Shown here: piece after piece, positions 36,831 through 49,966 of the stretch | Numbering within the stretch: position 1 is the stretch's first letter | Layout: each line of letters starts with the position of its first letter | Origin: Lama guanicoe | Taxonomy: Eukaryota | Assembly: GCA_013239625.1 (NCBI GenBank) | Contig: MU053561.1 | Coordinates: 2,682,283-2,746,282 of the forward strand | Reading direction: 5' to 3' | DNA: 64,000 bases | Made by a program: the position numbers and the translations under genes | Notes under the pieces: model-generated | Seen by the model: the letters and a program-made list of their open reading frames with translations, nothing else | Databases searched by the model: none | Told to the model about the DNA's origin: nothing

Positions 36831-38656
36831 CCCCTGGGGAAAAGGTCAATAGGTTAAAAGCTTGACCCACTGCCTGGCTGGACCCATGGTGCAGTGTACA
36901 AACTGCAGAAACACATGTAGCTACCTCCGCCCAACCCAGTGTGCTTTGGGAGACCCCTGACTCAGTGAATTGCAGAGGGAGGCAGTGTTTTCTGGATCTC
37001 CGTACTGGAACACCTGGAATGATTTTTACCTTGTGTTGCTGAGGTCTTACCACCAAGGCTGGTGTGGCTGGGTGCCAGCTAGTGATAATGCCCGTGATGT
37101 GATGGCCTCTAGTGTACCGAGCAGTGGGGGCAATACAAGTGGGGGAGGCCACAGTTGTAACGTTTGTCCATGAGTATTGACTACACCTGAGTCACTACCT
37201 CTCCCCAGCAGACAGAGGGGGGCTGTGTTTCATTGAGAATCACAAACCTAGTGGTTACCCTTGGGGAGCCTATTTAGGAAGGAGTATCCTGGAAAGGACT
37301 GGAATTTCTGCTAGTAAAGTGGTTGGAGGCGCCAAGTATCCAGGTAAACATGATGCCATTTTGTGGGCATTCAACCAGCCAAGAGTCAGAAGCAAGACAG
37401 TGTATAAAAACGGACAACCCCCCCTCCCCCAGGGATCTCTGGGTGACCAGGTCCATTTCACTGCAGGGGGTTGTCTGAGAGGTGAAACAGTGGACAGGAC
37501 AGGTAAATCACAGAGGACCCTGAACATCAGGCTAAGGGGTTTCAGCTTCTTAGAGCAGTTGCTTCCAAACGTGTTTGATCATACAGTCCATTAGTATGAC
37601 CTTTTTTTGAGCACTCCTTGTTAACATGAACACTCATCACAGCTGCACTGATAGATGAAGTACATTATACAACCTTTTCCAGCATAGAATTAAGGCAGTG
37701 GCCAGATAATTATTAAAGATAATTCTGATATTTCTTTCTGTACCCCAATAGATCAGCACACACATCCCATGTTGGAGGCCACTGGCTCAGACAACCAGAA
37801 AGCTTTGAAGGGTCTTGCTCCTGGCAGAGACATCATTAGGGTGGCATACAAGGACATCGAAGCTGGTGGAGACTCAAGCAAGAGGTGCTTGTTATCTCCA
37901 GACCCGGGGCTGGCCCCAGACCTTTCCACGGTTTTGTTACCAAGAGAATCTATTATTTAAGCATGTACTCATCTGGCTCCCTCCTCGCTTTTCCCAGCTC
38001 TCTCCTTTCCCAGCTCTTCAGGGAGGGAATACTCACGGCACTGTTCCATCCACGGAGATCTGTAGACCTGCCACACTTCAAATAAGGGAAAACCGTCTCG
38101 TTCTGTCAAACCTTTCTCTTGATCCAGCCTGGAAAGATATCGGGTCTGTCTTCCTCTGTCACCATGTGCTACAATTTCTCTCATCACCGAGAACTTGATA
38201 GCTTCCTTTCTCTGGCGGCTTGTGTTGGAACCGCGTGAATCACCCGGTTGGCCAATACTGCTGCTCTGCGTAGGGGAAGGTCTGATAATATCGTGTAATA
38301 GGCACTCGGCAGCGTGAATGCTCACAGCTGTTGAATGTTAATTCTCCCGGCAGGCTTTCAAACCCAAGTGCCTGTCCATACTGAAGTCATGCTCTGGGTT
38401 ATCTGGTCCTCTTATTTGTCAATAAGTTTGGGGTGGCGGTTGGTTGGTGTCCATGGGCTTACCTTTTCCAGCTGGTCCCAGTAAGCCTGTTAGCCTGTCC
38501 CCTTCCCATGACCACTACCTTTTGGTGGATGTGGCCCATTTATTTTTACTGGCCAATGTCGGGAACACAAGTTTAACTAGTTTTCAGAGTCTCACAGGGA
38601 GGTGGGCTTGAAGTGGGTGGCAATGATCAAGCCAGAGCCTTGCTGTGGTTTTAAAG

Positions 38657-38825
38657 CAGAGCTGGACTGGGATAGGCCAGTGAGGTGCCCAGGGCACAAA
38701 GGTTAAAGATGTATCAGTTCTCAGCATCACCCACATGCGAGGCCAGCAGAGCCTGAGAGGGATGCCCTCCCGCCAAAGCTTGCCTTGAGGGAGAGGCCCC
38801 TTTCCCTCTCTAGACGGACTTGGTG
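38657..38825. mobile_element. MER96-like hAT MITE (degraded)
   Basis: gtgaggtgcccagggcacaaa...ctcag...cctgagagggatgcc resembles MER96. Confidence 0.4.
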
Positions 38826-40009
38826 TCCAGGATTGAGCTTTTGAGATATGGGGTGGGTCATTTTCAACCAGGGTTTAAGCTGAATCCCATCTGGTTGTAT
38901 ACCAGATTCTGGGGTTTTCCCATGAGTCCAGAGGGGCTGAGCCAGGGGGGTTGGGAATGTATCCTGTGGTGATTCAGGATTTTAAAAGTGTCTGTGAGAG
39001 TCTTGGAGAATGAAATAGCAGAGATTTGGGGAGGAGAAATAATTCACATCTCTTGCACGTGCACGTGGCATCATGGTCCTTGGTGAGCGGACGGTGGCAG
39101 TTTCTCTGCTGGTGGGGACACTTGACTCATATGCCTGCATCCTGTCGGTTTAAGGGGCCTTGTTGGCCTTTTGAGCTTTGACCAGTGAGCCATCTGTTAC
39201 CAAGTTTAAAATGTCGCTTCTGCAAGTTGGCTCTTCTGCCTGCTTGGCTTCGAGCACATTGGCGGTAATATTTTGAATGTAATTCCATTCACTCTTTCAT
39301 TCCTTCCAGGTCCTTCAGTAATGAATAGCACCTGACCGAATCCTTCCAGCTCACACACTCTAACCTCTGAGAAAACCTTGAGCGCAGGCCAAAGAGTATC
39401 ACGATGGCTCCAAACCCACAGCGTGAGCAGCTCTCCTCTGTCCAAACATAGTCAAAGTAGTCAATACAAGGGAAAAGATGGGAGCAAAGATTGTCTTATT
39501 TTGTTTTGTTTTTTTCCTTTTGAAACCAGCTGGAAACAATCTAAGTATCTGAAACGGGGGACTGGCTAAGTCAGTTACAGTACATCAGCTTGAAGGCAAG
39601 TGCTACTGCAATTAAAATGAGTGAGGAAATAATCTATGAAAATATGTTTACAATGTTATGTTACACTTAAAAAAAACACAGAATTACATGTTCGCTGTGT
39701 GAAACACGTGAGTGCATGGACAGAAGAAACAGGCATGTGTAAAATTGGTTGCATTGGGGTGGTGAGTTTCTCCATGGCTTCTTTTTTTTTCCCTTTTTTT
39801 TTTCCCAGGTCAACACTTCTAATAAGTTTATTGCTTCTATTTCTGTAACCACTTAAAAATTATTTATTTATTTATTAAATATGCTTTCAATTATATTATT
39901 TCTATAGTGATGTAGGTATTCAAAAAAATTCCTAAGTACTTTGAAGAAAATGAAGATGATCTGATGAAGACTGGAGGTCTGTGTCATCCAGCAAAAAGAT
40001 CGCAGTCGG

Positions 40010-40232
40010 AGCAGGAGCTTGGGCGCTGCCTGCTAGCCATCTGGGCTGGGACCCGACTTTGCCACTTTCTAGCTGTATGACCTTGAGCATATTCTTATCT
40101 CCCCTGCCAAATGGAGACAGGAATGGTGTCTATTTCATGGGTGATTGTAAGTCTATGTGAGTTAGTGTATGTATAGTGCTTAGAAAAACTCCCGGCGCGA
40201 GTGAGCACTCAGTATATATTAGCTCTTGTGAT
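40010..40232 (+). mobile_element. MIR SINE
   Basis: tttgccactttctagctgtatgaccttgagca...gtgcttagaaa...gagcactcagtat. Confidence 0.7.
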
Positions 40233-43089
40233 TATATTGTAGATCTGTCATATGCCCTAAGCCACATCGGCCTGCGCAAAAAACTAAAGCCATAGGAATT
40301 TCTCTGGCTTGACCATAACCCATTCTCATAGGTCTTATCTGAGTTTTTCCAGGATGCCTCAAGGGTATTTGGCAAGTGAGGGGTCCTCACTGCTTCAGTA
40401 GACTGGCAAAAGGGAAGTCCCCCACCTGCCCCTGGCAACCACGCTAGCTGGAGGCCCACTGCCCATTGTGCAGAGGCTGGTGATCCCTTCCAAGGACAGG
40501 GAGGCACCTGCTGCTGAAGCTGCAGAAATGGCAGTCGAGGTGGCAGCTCCTGCAGATGCCACAGCTGGTGCCGTCCCCTGTGGATGCCCAGAGTCACAGG
40601 CCAGCTGCCCCGTGTCAGTCTCCTCTGTGTCCTGCCACCCTGTCCTGGGGAGAGTATGGCTTTCACTTGTCGCATGTGTGCAGCCCTCTCACATGCGGTC
40701 CATTAGGTTGGAAACAAGTCTGAGTGACAACACTGCATTGCTCTTCACGCTGCCCCACCTTCCGCCGCTGAGTCAGTGCACCGACTGCACACTGTGTGCG
40801 GCATGCCCTTCCCTCTTCCCCAGGAGGCCCCACCGCCTTCTTGCCACCTGCCTCCCGCTTACCAGTAGGACAAGCCCAGACCTGACTGTATGCTCATGTG
40901 AGGACAATTCTGCTCCAGCTGGGACCCCGAGCAGCACAAAGCCAGAGTGACATCCAACCTGGAGAAAACATTTGGATGCAGGAATGAGAAACAGATGCCC
41001 AGACAGCCAAGGGCAGGTGTGGCCAGAGTGGGGGCGGGTGCCTGAGGCTGCTGCTGACTGGACACTAAAGGTGGGGAGAGGAGGAAGGAGGGGAGGCAGC
41101 TGCTGAAAAGAAGGAAGGGAGTCCTCAGCAAATGCTGAAAAAAGACCCTTCAAGCTCATTTGCACAAATCAGCTTCAATCTCCCCAGAGTGTCTTCCTCA
41201 ACCCCTACCACTCCTCACCCCCTATTCTTTTCTGGCTTTTAATCTTTACAAAATAGAGTGAGGTTGGGGGCAGGGGTCGTTCACAAGTGTGATTATCTCA
41301 CATGCCTCCTTCTAAAGACAGATCTATTATCTCAAGTGACGCTTTCTTTTTCCTTCTAAGAGTGGGATTAGAAATGGGGACAAGTTTCTTTAATAAAGGG
41401 GTGGGGGTGTGTCTGAGGAAAACTGGATGTTGTGAAAAGGGAAGAGGATACAACGGAAAAAGCCCTGGTGGAAATAAAGTGCTCAACTAGTCCTGTATCC
41501 ATTAAAGTAATAACATCGTTGCATGGCAGGTTTATCACTCCCTTGCAGCTCTCAGTGTGGGAGCTGTGGCTCTTTTTAAAAATGAGAACAGAGTCGCGAG
41601 CTGCTGCTCCAATGTGGAAGGGCAGGTCTCCCTGTCCCTCCCTCAGCAATCCTCCCTCACCACCCCCTACCCCAACCTTGGACTTCTCCCAGCCTCTAGA
41701 ACCATCACGAAAATTCATTTCACTCTTTAATTAGATTTCATGGAGTAAGGGATTGGGAGGGGTGCTGGAAAGGCATTCATATGACCTCTTTCTGTAGAGA
41801 GGGGTAATGCTGTTGATAGGGGAGGTGGGACAATGGTTGCTATGGAGACATATTCCCAGACATACAGACACACACTCATTTTAATGCCTTTTTTTTTTCC
41901 AGCAGGGGAAGGATCCAGTGCCCTATTTTTAGTGTCAGATTTCAGCAAAACAATTCACTTTCGTTTCATCACACACACACTGCTGGGTTTTAAAGTAGGT
42001 CACATTTTCCAACCATATCAAGGGCTCAGATCTGTCTTGCTTGAGTAGTGCAAGGTTCCACGGAAGATTTTACTGATTGAGACGAAGATCTCAGAGTTGC
42101 CTGGGTACAGTTTCCTTTCATCTCTTGTTTGACAGGCATTAGAATAGGCGGAATGAATAGCTGTAGGTAAATTTACATTTTAAAGGCTAATGCAAAATGT
42201 CTAGGCAGTGATAATAGTAAGGGGAGGTATAGAAATTAAAAATGACAAACTGGTCTGTTATTCTGTTATCAGGTTATCACTGATTATTATAAAAAAATAG
42301 TCCTTGAGTGCCAATTCCGTGCAGCACATTGGGGAAGAAATAAGTCCTGAATGGTAGCTGCCCAATTTAAATCTTTAATCTTTGTTCCAGTTTGACTGGG
42401 TATGTCAGAATATGTGAATCCAGAGTTTGGGGCTTTATTTCTGCCCCCTGCCAAGCTGTAATTTTTAAGTGTTTATGTCTGCATTTCTTGCTTTGTGCTC
42501 TCTGTCAAATCTCACAACCCCTCTGTGACTAGAATGCCCTATTGACTGGAATGAGCACTGGCCATTCCCCAGCAGAACTAGCCTGAGGCAAGACTGTGGA
42601 TTGGTCCAGAATTTCCAGGAGCCCTAGACTCATCCACCCTCCTAGATCATCCCAGTGCCCCCCAGGCCCCCAGGTTTGGTTCTTTTCAAGGTGGCAACAA
42701 ATCTAGACTAATTTAGGGAGGATTGCCCTCTCTTTCCTTGAAACTCGGTATATATTAAATGATCCCTTTTGTTTCTAATGGGGGAGTTATTTTTATACTG
42801 GTAGAGACCTCTGGTTTCCCTTTCATAGCATAGAGTGGGGAACTGCCTGTGTGTAGAATTAAAGGATACCCGTGGTGCACAGCCTTAAAAAATAATAGCC
42901 TGATAGGAAAAGAAAGACTGCAGTGAAATCATCCATCACAGAATATTGACAGTGTCACTCCAAGTAGTGGGCGTTCAGTTGATTTTAATTTTCTCTTTCC
43001 TAACTTTTTGTATTTTCTAAACTTAGTTGAGCCTACATTGCATTATTAATCAGAAAGAAATAAAAAAATAAAAACAAAAATGATAAACT

Positions 43090-44513
43090 CAGGCAGACGT
43101 CAGCTCCAGGAACACTCCCCCTAGCCCCCACCCAGACTGCATAGCCAGCTATGCCAAGACCCAGTCCCGCTCACCAGTGGGCCAGCAGCTTTCACACCAG
43201 GTGGGGCCTCCCAGCCAGCAGGGCCAGGGGCCAGCCCCACCTACTAGCACACCCACAGTAGTCGGCTCGGCCGGAACAGCAGGGCACACACAGCCCACAC
43301 AGGGGTTACCCCTAGAGCATACAGCCCTGGTGATCAGAAGGGAGTGTGCTGCTGGGCCCCATAGGATATCTCCTGCATGAAGCCACTTCTTCAAGACTGG
43401 AAAATGTAACCAACCTACACAATACATACGAATAAGCACAGAGTATTAAGCAAAATGAGGTGACAAATGAAAATGTTCCAAATGAAGGAACAAGATAAAA
43501 ACCCAGAAGAAGGACTAAGTGAAGTGGAGATAAGCAATCTACCCGATAAAGAGTTCAAGGCAGTGATCATTACGGTGATCCATGAACTGGGGAGAAGAAT
43601 GGGTGAGCCCAGTGAGAAGTTTCACACAGAGTTAGAAAATATAAAGAAGAACTGAACAAAGCTGAATAATACAGTAACTGAAATAAAAATACACTAGAAG
43701 AATGATACACAGCAAAGGATCAGAGAACTCGGAGACAGAGTACTGGAAATCACCCAAGCTAAACAGAAAAAAATAATTTTAAAAAATGAAGATAGTTTTT
43801 AAAAATGAAGATAATTTTAGAGACCTCTGGGACAACATCAAGCATGCTAAGATTCACATTATAGGGGCCCCATAAGGAGAAAAGAGTGATAAAGGAGAAG
43901 AGAACTTATTTGAAGAAATAGTAGCTGAAAACTTTCCTAAACTGGAAAAAAAAACAGATATTTAGGTCAAAGAAGCACAGAGAGCCCCAAACAAGATAAC
44001 CCAAAGAGGTCCACACCGAGACACATTGAAAGATGAATGGATAAAAATGTGGGAATATTGAATGAATAATTCAATGGATATATAATGAAATATTACTCAG
44101 CCATAAAAAAGAATGAAATCTTGTCATTTGTAATACTGTGGGTGGACCTAGAGGAAATTATGCTAAGTGAAATAAGTCAGAGAAAGACAAATACCATCAA
44201 GTTTTACTTACATGTGAAATCTAAAATACAAAACAAATGAATCAATATAATAGAACAGAAACAGACTCATAGATACAGAGAACAAACAGGTAATTGCCAG
44301 AAGGGAAGAGGTTGAGGGAAGGAGTGAAATAGGTGAGGGAGATTTCACAGTACAAACTTCCAGTTATAAAATAAATGTCATGGGGATGAAATGTACAGCT
44401 TGGGGAATATAGTCAACAGTATTGTAATAACTTTGTATGGAGACAGACAGTAATAAGACTATGGTGATCATTTTGTAATATTTAGAAATATTGAATCACT
44501 ATGTTGTGTGCTT
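43090..44513 (+). mobile_element. Laurasiatherian-type L1 with decayed ORF1 joined directly to the ORF2 C-terminus and 3' UTR
   Basis: ORF 43467-43655 (MFQMKEQDKNPEEGLSEVEISNLPDKEFK...ELENIKKN) is an L1 ORF1p N-terminus. From ~44029 the sequence is gatgaatggataaaaatgtgg (DEWIK..W) and then 3' UTR. Confidence 0.85.
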
Positions 44514-44739
44514 GGGGGAAAAGAGGTACCATTATTATTACAAAATGTAATATAATGAATATTATTTAGAGATGGGGAGATAAGTGGCAATATGGTAAAC
44601 TAAACTGGTTTCCTGGGGGGCAGGCAAGGGGAGTGATAAGCAGCTGCTGTTTTTCACAACATCCTTTGCAAAACTACATGACTCTTCATCTGCATGTAAA
44701 GCTTTGCTAAAAATAAAGAAACATATTAAAGAATAAAAG

Positions 44740-45820
44740 TGATAACCTCGTATTGAATGACTTATTATGCGCTAATTACCATACTATGTACTAATTGCTC
44801 TTTTGTGTGTAATTCTCACACCGCACTCTGAGACAGGTATTATGATCCCCATTTAACTGAAGAGGAAACTGACAAGGAGAGAGTTTGCCCCTGGTGATGC
44901 TAGATAGATAAGAGGGAGCACCGGACAGATTGGCGGAGGAGAGGGAGGATGGTTCAGAAGATGCCATCGTGCCCGCCTCTAGCATAAAGGGACTTTACTT
45001 CTTCTCAATGAGTGCCAGCAAGAAACCAGTTAGAACCTGACAGCCACAACTGCCTGGTAGCGAAAAAAACTTAACATGATATGACACGATGCTCATTGTA
45101 ATATAATTAACATTGTGGTTTAGGCACCCCCTGCCATGGCTTTTTCTGTGTGCACCATGGGTAAGAACATGCACAAAGGGGCCAAACATGACTAGGCATT
45201 CCAGGGGCAAGAGCCGTCAGTCAATCAAGAGACCACCTGTAAGCTAGGGTATGAGAGAAAGAGGAGCAAAAACCACCGCTTTTCCTCCCGTAGACCAGCC
45301 CGCCTCCTGTTCTTGGAGGTTTACTTTTCCTTTTCTAAATAAATCCTTTAAAAATCTTTTGATACACAACGCACTCCATCTCCCGTCTGTAATTTTGTCT
45401 TTCAGGCAAGACAAGGACTGGGATCTTTTCCCTTTTTGGAGGTAGCAGTGACAGAACTTGCAAGGAGCAGTGTGAGGATCCAAACCCAGATCTGTCCAAA
45501 TTAAGACCCAAGTTCTAACCTCCTAACCACAAGCTCCTAAATAAGTATAGCTACCATTTAGTAAACACTTCCTAAATGCCAAACGTTTTATGTGTGTGTG
45601 TGTGTATACATACACAGATACATTATAAAATTATTATGTACATTACATACATTACATTTACATATATGTATATATATAGTTGTATTTGTACAACAGGTAA
45701 TTTAGTTTTTCAATCTGTACTCTACAGTTAAGAAAACGGAGGTTCAGAAAGGTTAAGTAATTTGCCCAAAGTCACAGAGGTAGTAAATAATGGGAGTAGA
45801 GGGAACCCAGGTTTGTGCAA
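44740..45820 (-). mobile_element. Several MIR fragments (~44740-44910, ~45420-45530, ~45545-45820)
   Basis: gaggaaactgac; gaggttcagaaaggttaagtaatttgcccaaagtcacag. Confidence 0.65.
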
Positions 45821-46713
45821 AGCTCTTAGTATCTCTCTGGGACTGTGGGGTTGGATTGCAGGATTGAGGGAAGTCAATTTCTCATTTAGGGAATGGACAT
45901 TGTCTAATTCAGGTGCCCTATTGCCACACACATAAAAGCCTGTTCGTTGAAAACTCTGAGTTTTGACTCCCTAGCAAAATTTATTTCCCTGCTGTGTAGA
46001 TTGTACATAGGCTCCATCAACGCTTCTTACCAGGACAAGGTCTAGGAGAGGAGCCCCAGCCGTCCACTGTAATGGCTGCTTTGTTTATGGAGACAGCCTC
46101 AGGTGGCCTGAGACCCTGAGCGTCTAGGGCATCTATCCTGGACCATTACACAAAAGGGAAGTTTGCTTCTTTTGTATTAGCATGATAAAATTCTTAGATC
46201 TATTTTTGGTAGCAATTTTGCCTATCTCGGCGAAAACATAAATCGGTAATAGGATTTGGAATCGGGGGTAGGGTTACAAAATTGTTTCAAAATTCTAAAA
46301 TCCTTAGGCAACAGGAAGAGTAGGAAAATAAAGCTAAATCTATCCAACTGTTTAAATGTTAGGAAGAGTGGCGAGGGATGTGCTTTCTGCCCTGGGCCTG
46401 CCATCTAAATTGACTAGCAGTCCAGTGGTTTCGGAATTTAAAAGTGAAAAAGGCAAACGGTCTTATGCCTCCAAAAGATACATTTACGGGGAATGGCTCT
46501 AAAGCTGCAATAAGTTCCATTCAGGTAAGTGCCATTAAAAGCTCTCTGTCAGACAATGGGTGATAGCTTAGCTGTTAATATCCAATTTAAAATGTTGCTT
46601 CCCTCCCCAAATTTACTGTATCAGATAGCCTCAACTAACTGCCATTAAACTGGGGTGGTGAGGGTGGTAAGCAGAGGACAAAGGTCTACACCTCAAAGAC
46701 ATAAGTCTTCAGG

Positions 46714-46880
46714 GGTTGTTTTTTTTTTTTAATTGAAGCATAGTCAGTTTACAATGTTGTGTCAACTATTACAGCGTAATAGTTGTCACACATATATATT
46801 CATTTTCATGTTCTTTTTCATTATAGATTACTACAAGATATTGAATACAGTTCCCTGTGCTCTACAGTATAAACTTGTTA
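46714..46880 (-). mobile_element. 5'-truncated young L1 3' end
   Basis: Same family; perfect 11-bp TSD aagtcttcagg at 46703-46713 and 46881-46891. Confidence 0.87.
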
Positions 46881-47571
46881 AAGTCTTCAGGTTTAAAAAC
46901 TATTTTTAGACAAGATCTGTAGCTGCTGTTACTCGCGCATGGAACTGATAGGAGACACAGGGAAGAGATGCCTATTGAGTTTTTGAGGGAATTGCGTTGC
47001 CTGAGACACCATAAGCCTAACCTGCAAAAGCCTGTGACTCTTCAATGTCTAAAGCAACCCTTGAGCTTCCAAAGCTGCATCAGCAGGAAATAGGCTCTGA
47101 AAGCCGTGCAGCCTTCAAAGGGCATGCTCGCTGCTTCCGCTTCAGCTCTGGCCATGCAGGGTTATGGACACAGAAGAACCTCCCAGAGGACAGTTGGCTG
47201 AGCTCTTCTGTTTCAGAAGACAGTCTCCTCTATTCTTGCTCAGCAGGATTTGGTAATTGTCTTAGACTGACTTCTGGGGATTCCCCGTTTTCTGAATGGC
47301 AATTTTTATTACGATTTTCCTGTTCTTACTCCATCACTGTATACGTAGTGTGATAGGGTGCAGATAACATCTTTTAGTTTGTGGTTTGCAAGATCTTATA
47401 ACATCACATCTGCACTCAAACTAGGAGACGACATATCACCCAAAGAGCTTGATTTTGAGCTGGTGGCATTCCCTTGATAAGATCTGGCTGTTTCTTCTTT
47501 TGGGGAGGGACTGTGTCCTATGAGGGGAAAGAAGGGTGCATATATACTTCTAGGAGGTCAAAGGGATAAAC

Positions 47572-48124
47572 TATGGCAGAGACTGCTTAATTGCCCCAAA
47601 ACATTAGTTTTCTTCAATTCTGTAGTATTAGAACCCTTAATATTTATCCAGGCATATGGTGCTGGAAAGATTTCATTTCTCGGTCTTCCTGATTCAGCTT
47701 CTGGTCAGGTAAAGTCATGTGATTAAGGTTTGATCAACAGAATGTAACTAGCTAGCAGTGTGAGCAACTTCCAGCAAGTGTTCTTAAAGGGAGGCGACGT
47801 CCTCTTCTCTTTGTCTTTTTCTTCTTCCTTTCTCCTGACTGGAATGGGAATGTAAGGGCTGGAGCTAAAACAGCCATGTTGGACCATGAGATGATTTGAG
47901 AACTGGAGATGATTTGGGAACTGGAGATTACGCAAGGCAGAGAATTAAGGAAAAAGAATCTGAGTCTCTAATACTGTAGAGTACACCAATCCGTGAACTA
48001 CTTATCTGGTTTATATGAAAGAGAAATAAACTTCTGTGTTGTTTAAGTCACTGTTTATTTGTTCTCCTGGAGGGGAGAAGATTAAGGGAGTTCAACCTCC
48101 TGCTCTCAAATCTAATTAATACAT
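47572..48124 (+). mobile_element. MLT1J-like LTR
   Basis: tatggcagagactgct...gctggagct...cagccatgttggaccatgag...gagaaataaacttctgtgttgtttaagtcactg...taataca. Confidence 0.7.
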
Positions 48125-48326
48125 GAGAAATTACTTTCTTAAGTTATCACAATTTCCGTAAAATGAGCGTATTTTGGAGGCTGAAGACCAAAAATGGTTC
48201 AGAGAAGCCATGAATTGGAATAAACATGATGCCAACTTGCCCTATGATATATAAGTCAGAGAACCCCATGCCCTGGGTGTTCACATTTCATTATACTACA
48301 ATCTATATAATTAGTATCTCTAGGAT

Positions 48327-48734
48327 ACACTGATCCACCTCCCCCACCCCAGTTTTAAAAATCTGCTTTATGTCATTTTGTTTTTAAGAAAGACTTATGT
48401 TAGTACCTCTCTTCACTAATCAAAAGAAATCCAAAGAGGATTTTCACTTTTATGAAAAACTATTTTGCAGTAAGCTGTGTTAGAGAGAGTGCATGCCTGT
48501 AGCAGCGAGAGTGGCACCACCAAACTCCCTCCCTGGGAACCACCCTCAGCATCTCAGCATCAAGACGCCCTAGCTGTGATCTCTGTCTGGGAGCATCTGT
48601 GCTTTATCTCAATTTATTTCGTGCATCCGTTAGCAAGATACGTCATAAAGTAATTGCTTTTTGCTTTAGACCATTTTGATTTAGGACAGGTTCCTAGAAA
48701 CGCTCTACTTTTGGATATTGGGAGAGAACTGTAC
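48327..48734. mobile_element. TcMar-Tigger-like non-autonomous DNA transposon
   Basis: TA-flanked (taca...tgta); internal ctcagcatctcagcatcaag and gagcatctgtgctttatctc...gtgcatccgttagcaagat recalled from a Tigger-family MITE; subfamily uncertain. Confidence 0.6.
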
Positions 48735-49674
48735 CTATTAGGTACCTAATACCTCTGTATTAGGACACCGGAGCTTCAGAAATCCAGATTCATTTACTTC
48801 TCTGGGTTTTTGCCAGGGAGCTTGTTTGCAAAGCCCCCTTACTTGACAACTGTCTGCTAGATTGATTTAGAAAAAAATTGCCCAACTGGCACAGAATATC
48901 TGTGGCTCTGGAAAATGACTCAACCCTTCCAAACTGTTTTCAAAGTAAATCCATCCTTAATAACCTAACAATTGTTTAAATTTTGTTCCATCTAGTTTGG
49001 TGTAAATTTGTTTTTACTTCTTAACTTCTAAGATCCCCTGTTGACTTCAGTTTTTAATGTGGTGATTTTAATATTCGAGTTCTTCCAAATTATATTTTAT
49101 TAATTTGATACAGTTGCAGCCTGCCTCTGGTGCCACATCATTATTTAATCACTTCAGTATAACAGCGATTCAGTGATTTTGCTATTGGTTACCTAAATAT
49201 TACTAGGTCCCTTCCGTTTCCTCTCTTGTACAATGATAGAGCTTGTTTATAAAAACTGCTTTGAAATTACTAAGGGGAAAGACCTACATCAAGATAAAGT
49301 GCTGTGTTGTTCTCCCCTTGGAAAGATGCCTGGGCTCAAATTTGAACTTGGGGTACAAATTGTAAAAGATTCTGCCGAGGGTACTCCAGTTCTGATATGC
49401 AGTGTTAGACGAATTTCTGCTTCCTAGCCAGGTCGTTGTGCTCCTTGGGAGAGATGGGAAGGAGAGGCAGGAGAAGGATGGGTTTTATTCCAGGACTATC
49501 TTGCTACCCTGCACCCAGAAATGGAAGCTGAGTTCCATTCTTCCCTCCCTCTCTCTTTTCCTTCCCCCTCTTTCACTTCCTCATTTCTTTCCTTCTAAAG
49601 TTTGTATTTTCTCCCCTCCTACCTTCTCCCCTCCCTTCCTGCCTTCCTTCCACCCACAAATACTTATTGAATCC

Positions 49675-49966
49675 TGTGGCAGCCAATCTTCAGAGACGTT
49701 ATCCACAACGAACTTGGAGAGGTCACGTGTAGGCACTCCAGATCACAGACCCAGCTGAGCTCCCAGCCAGCCGCCAGCATCACATGTCAGTTCTGTCTTT
49801 CCGATGACTCCAGCCCCGGATGCTATTTGACTACAAACATGAAAGAATCCCACCAAAGAACCACCTGACTGAGCCCAGTCAACCCAGGAAACTGAGATTA
49901 CAATGAACTGTTGTTTTAAATCACCAATTTTAGGACGCTTTACGATGCACCAATAGATAACTGAAA
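49675..49966 (+). mobile_element. MLT1 (F/G/H-like) LTR inserted in L2
   Basis: cagctgagctcccagccagccgccagcatca...ctgagcccagtcaaccc...tgttgttttaaatcacc...caatagataactgaaa. Confidence 0.7.

Noticed and set aside
43467..43655. 62-aa protein-like ORF as a host gene
   Set aside because: It is a decayed L1 ORF1p fragment with flanking stops and frameshifts.
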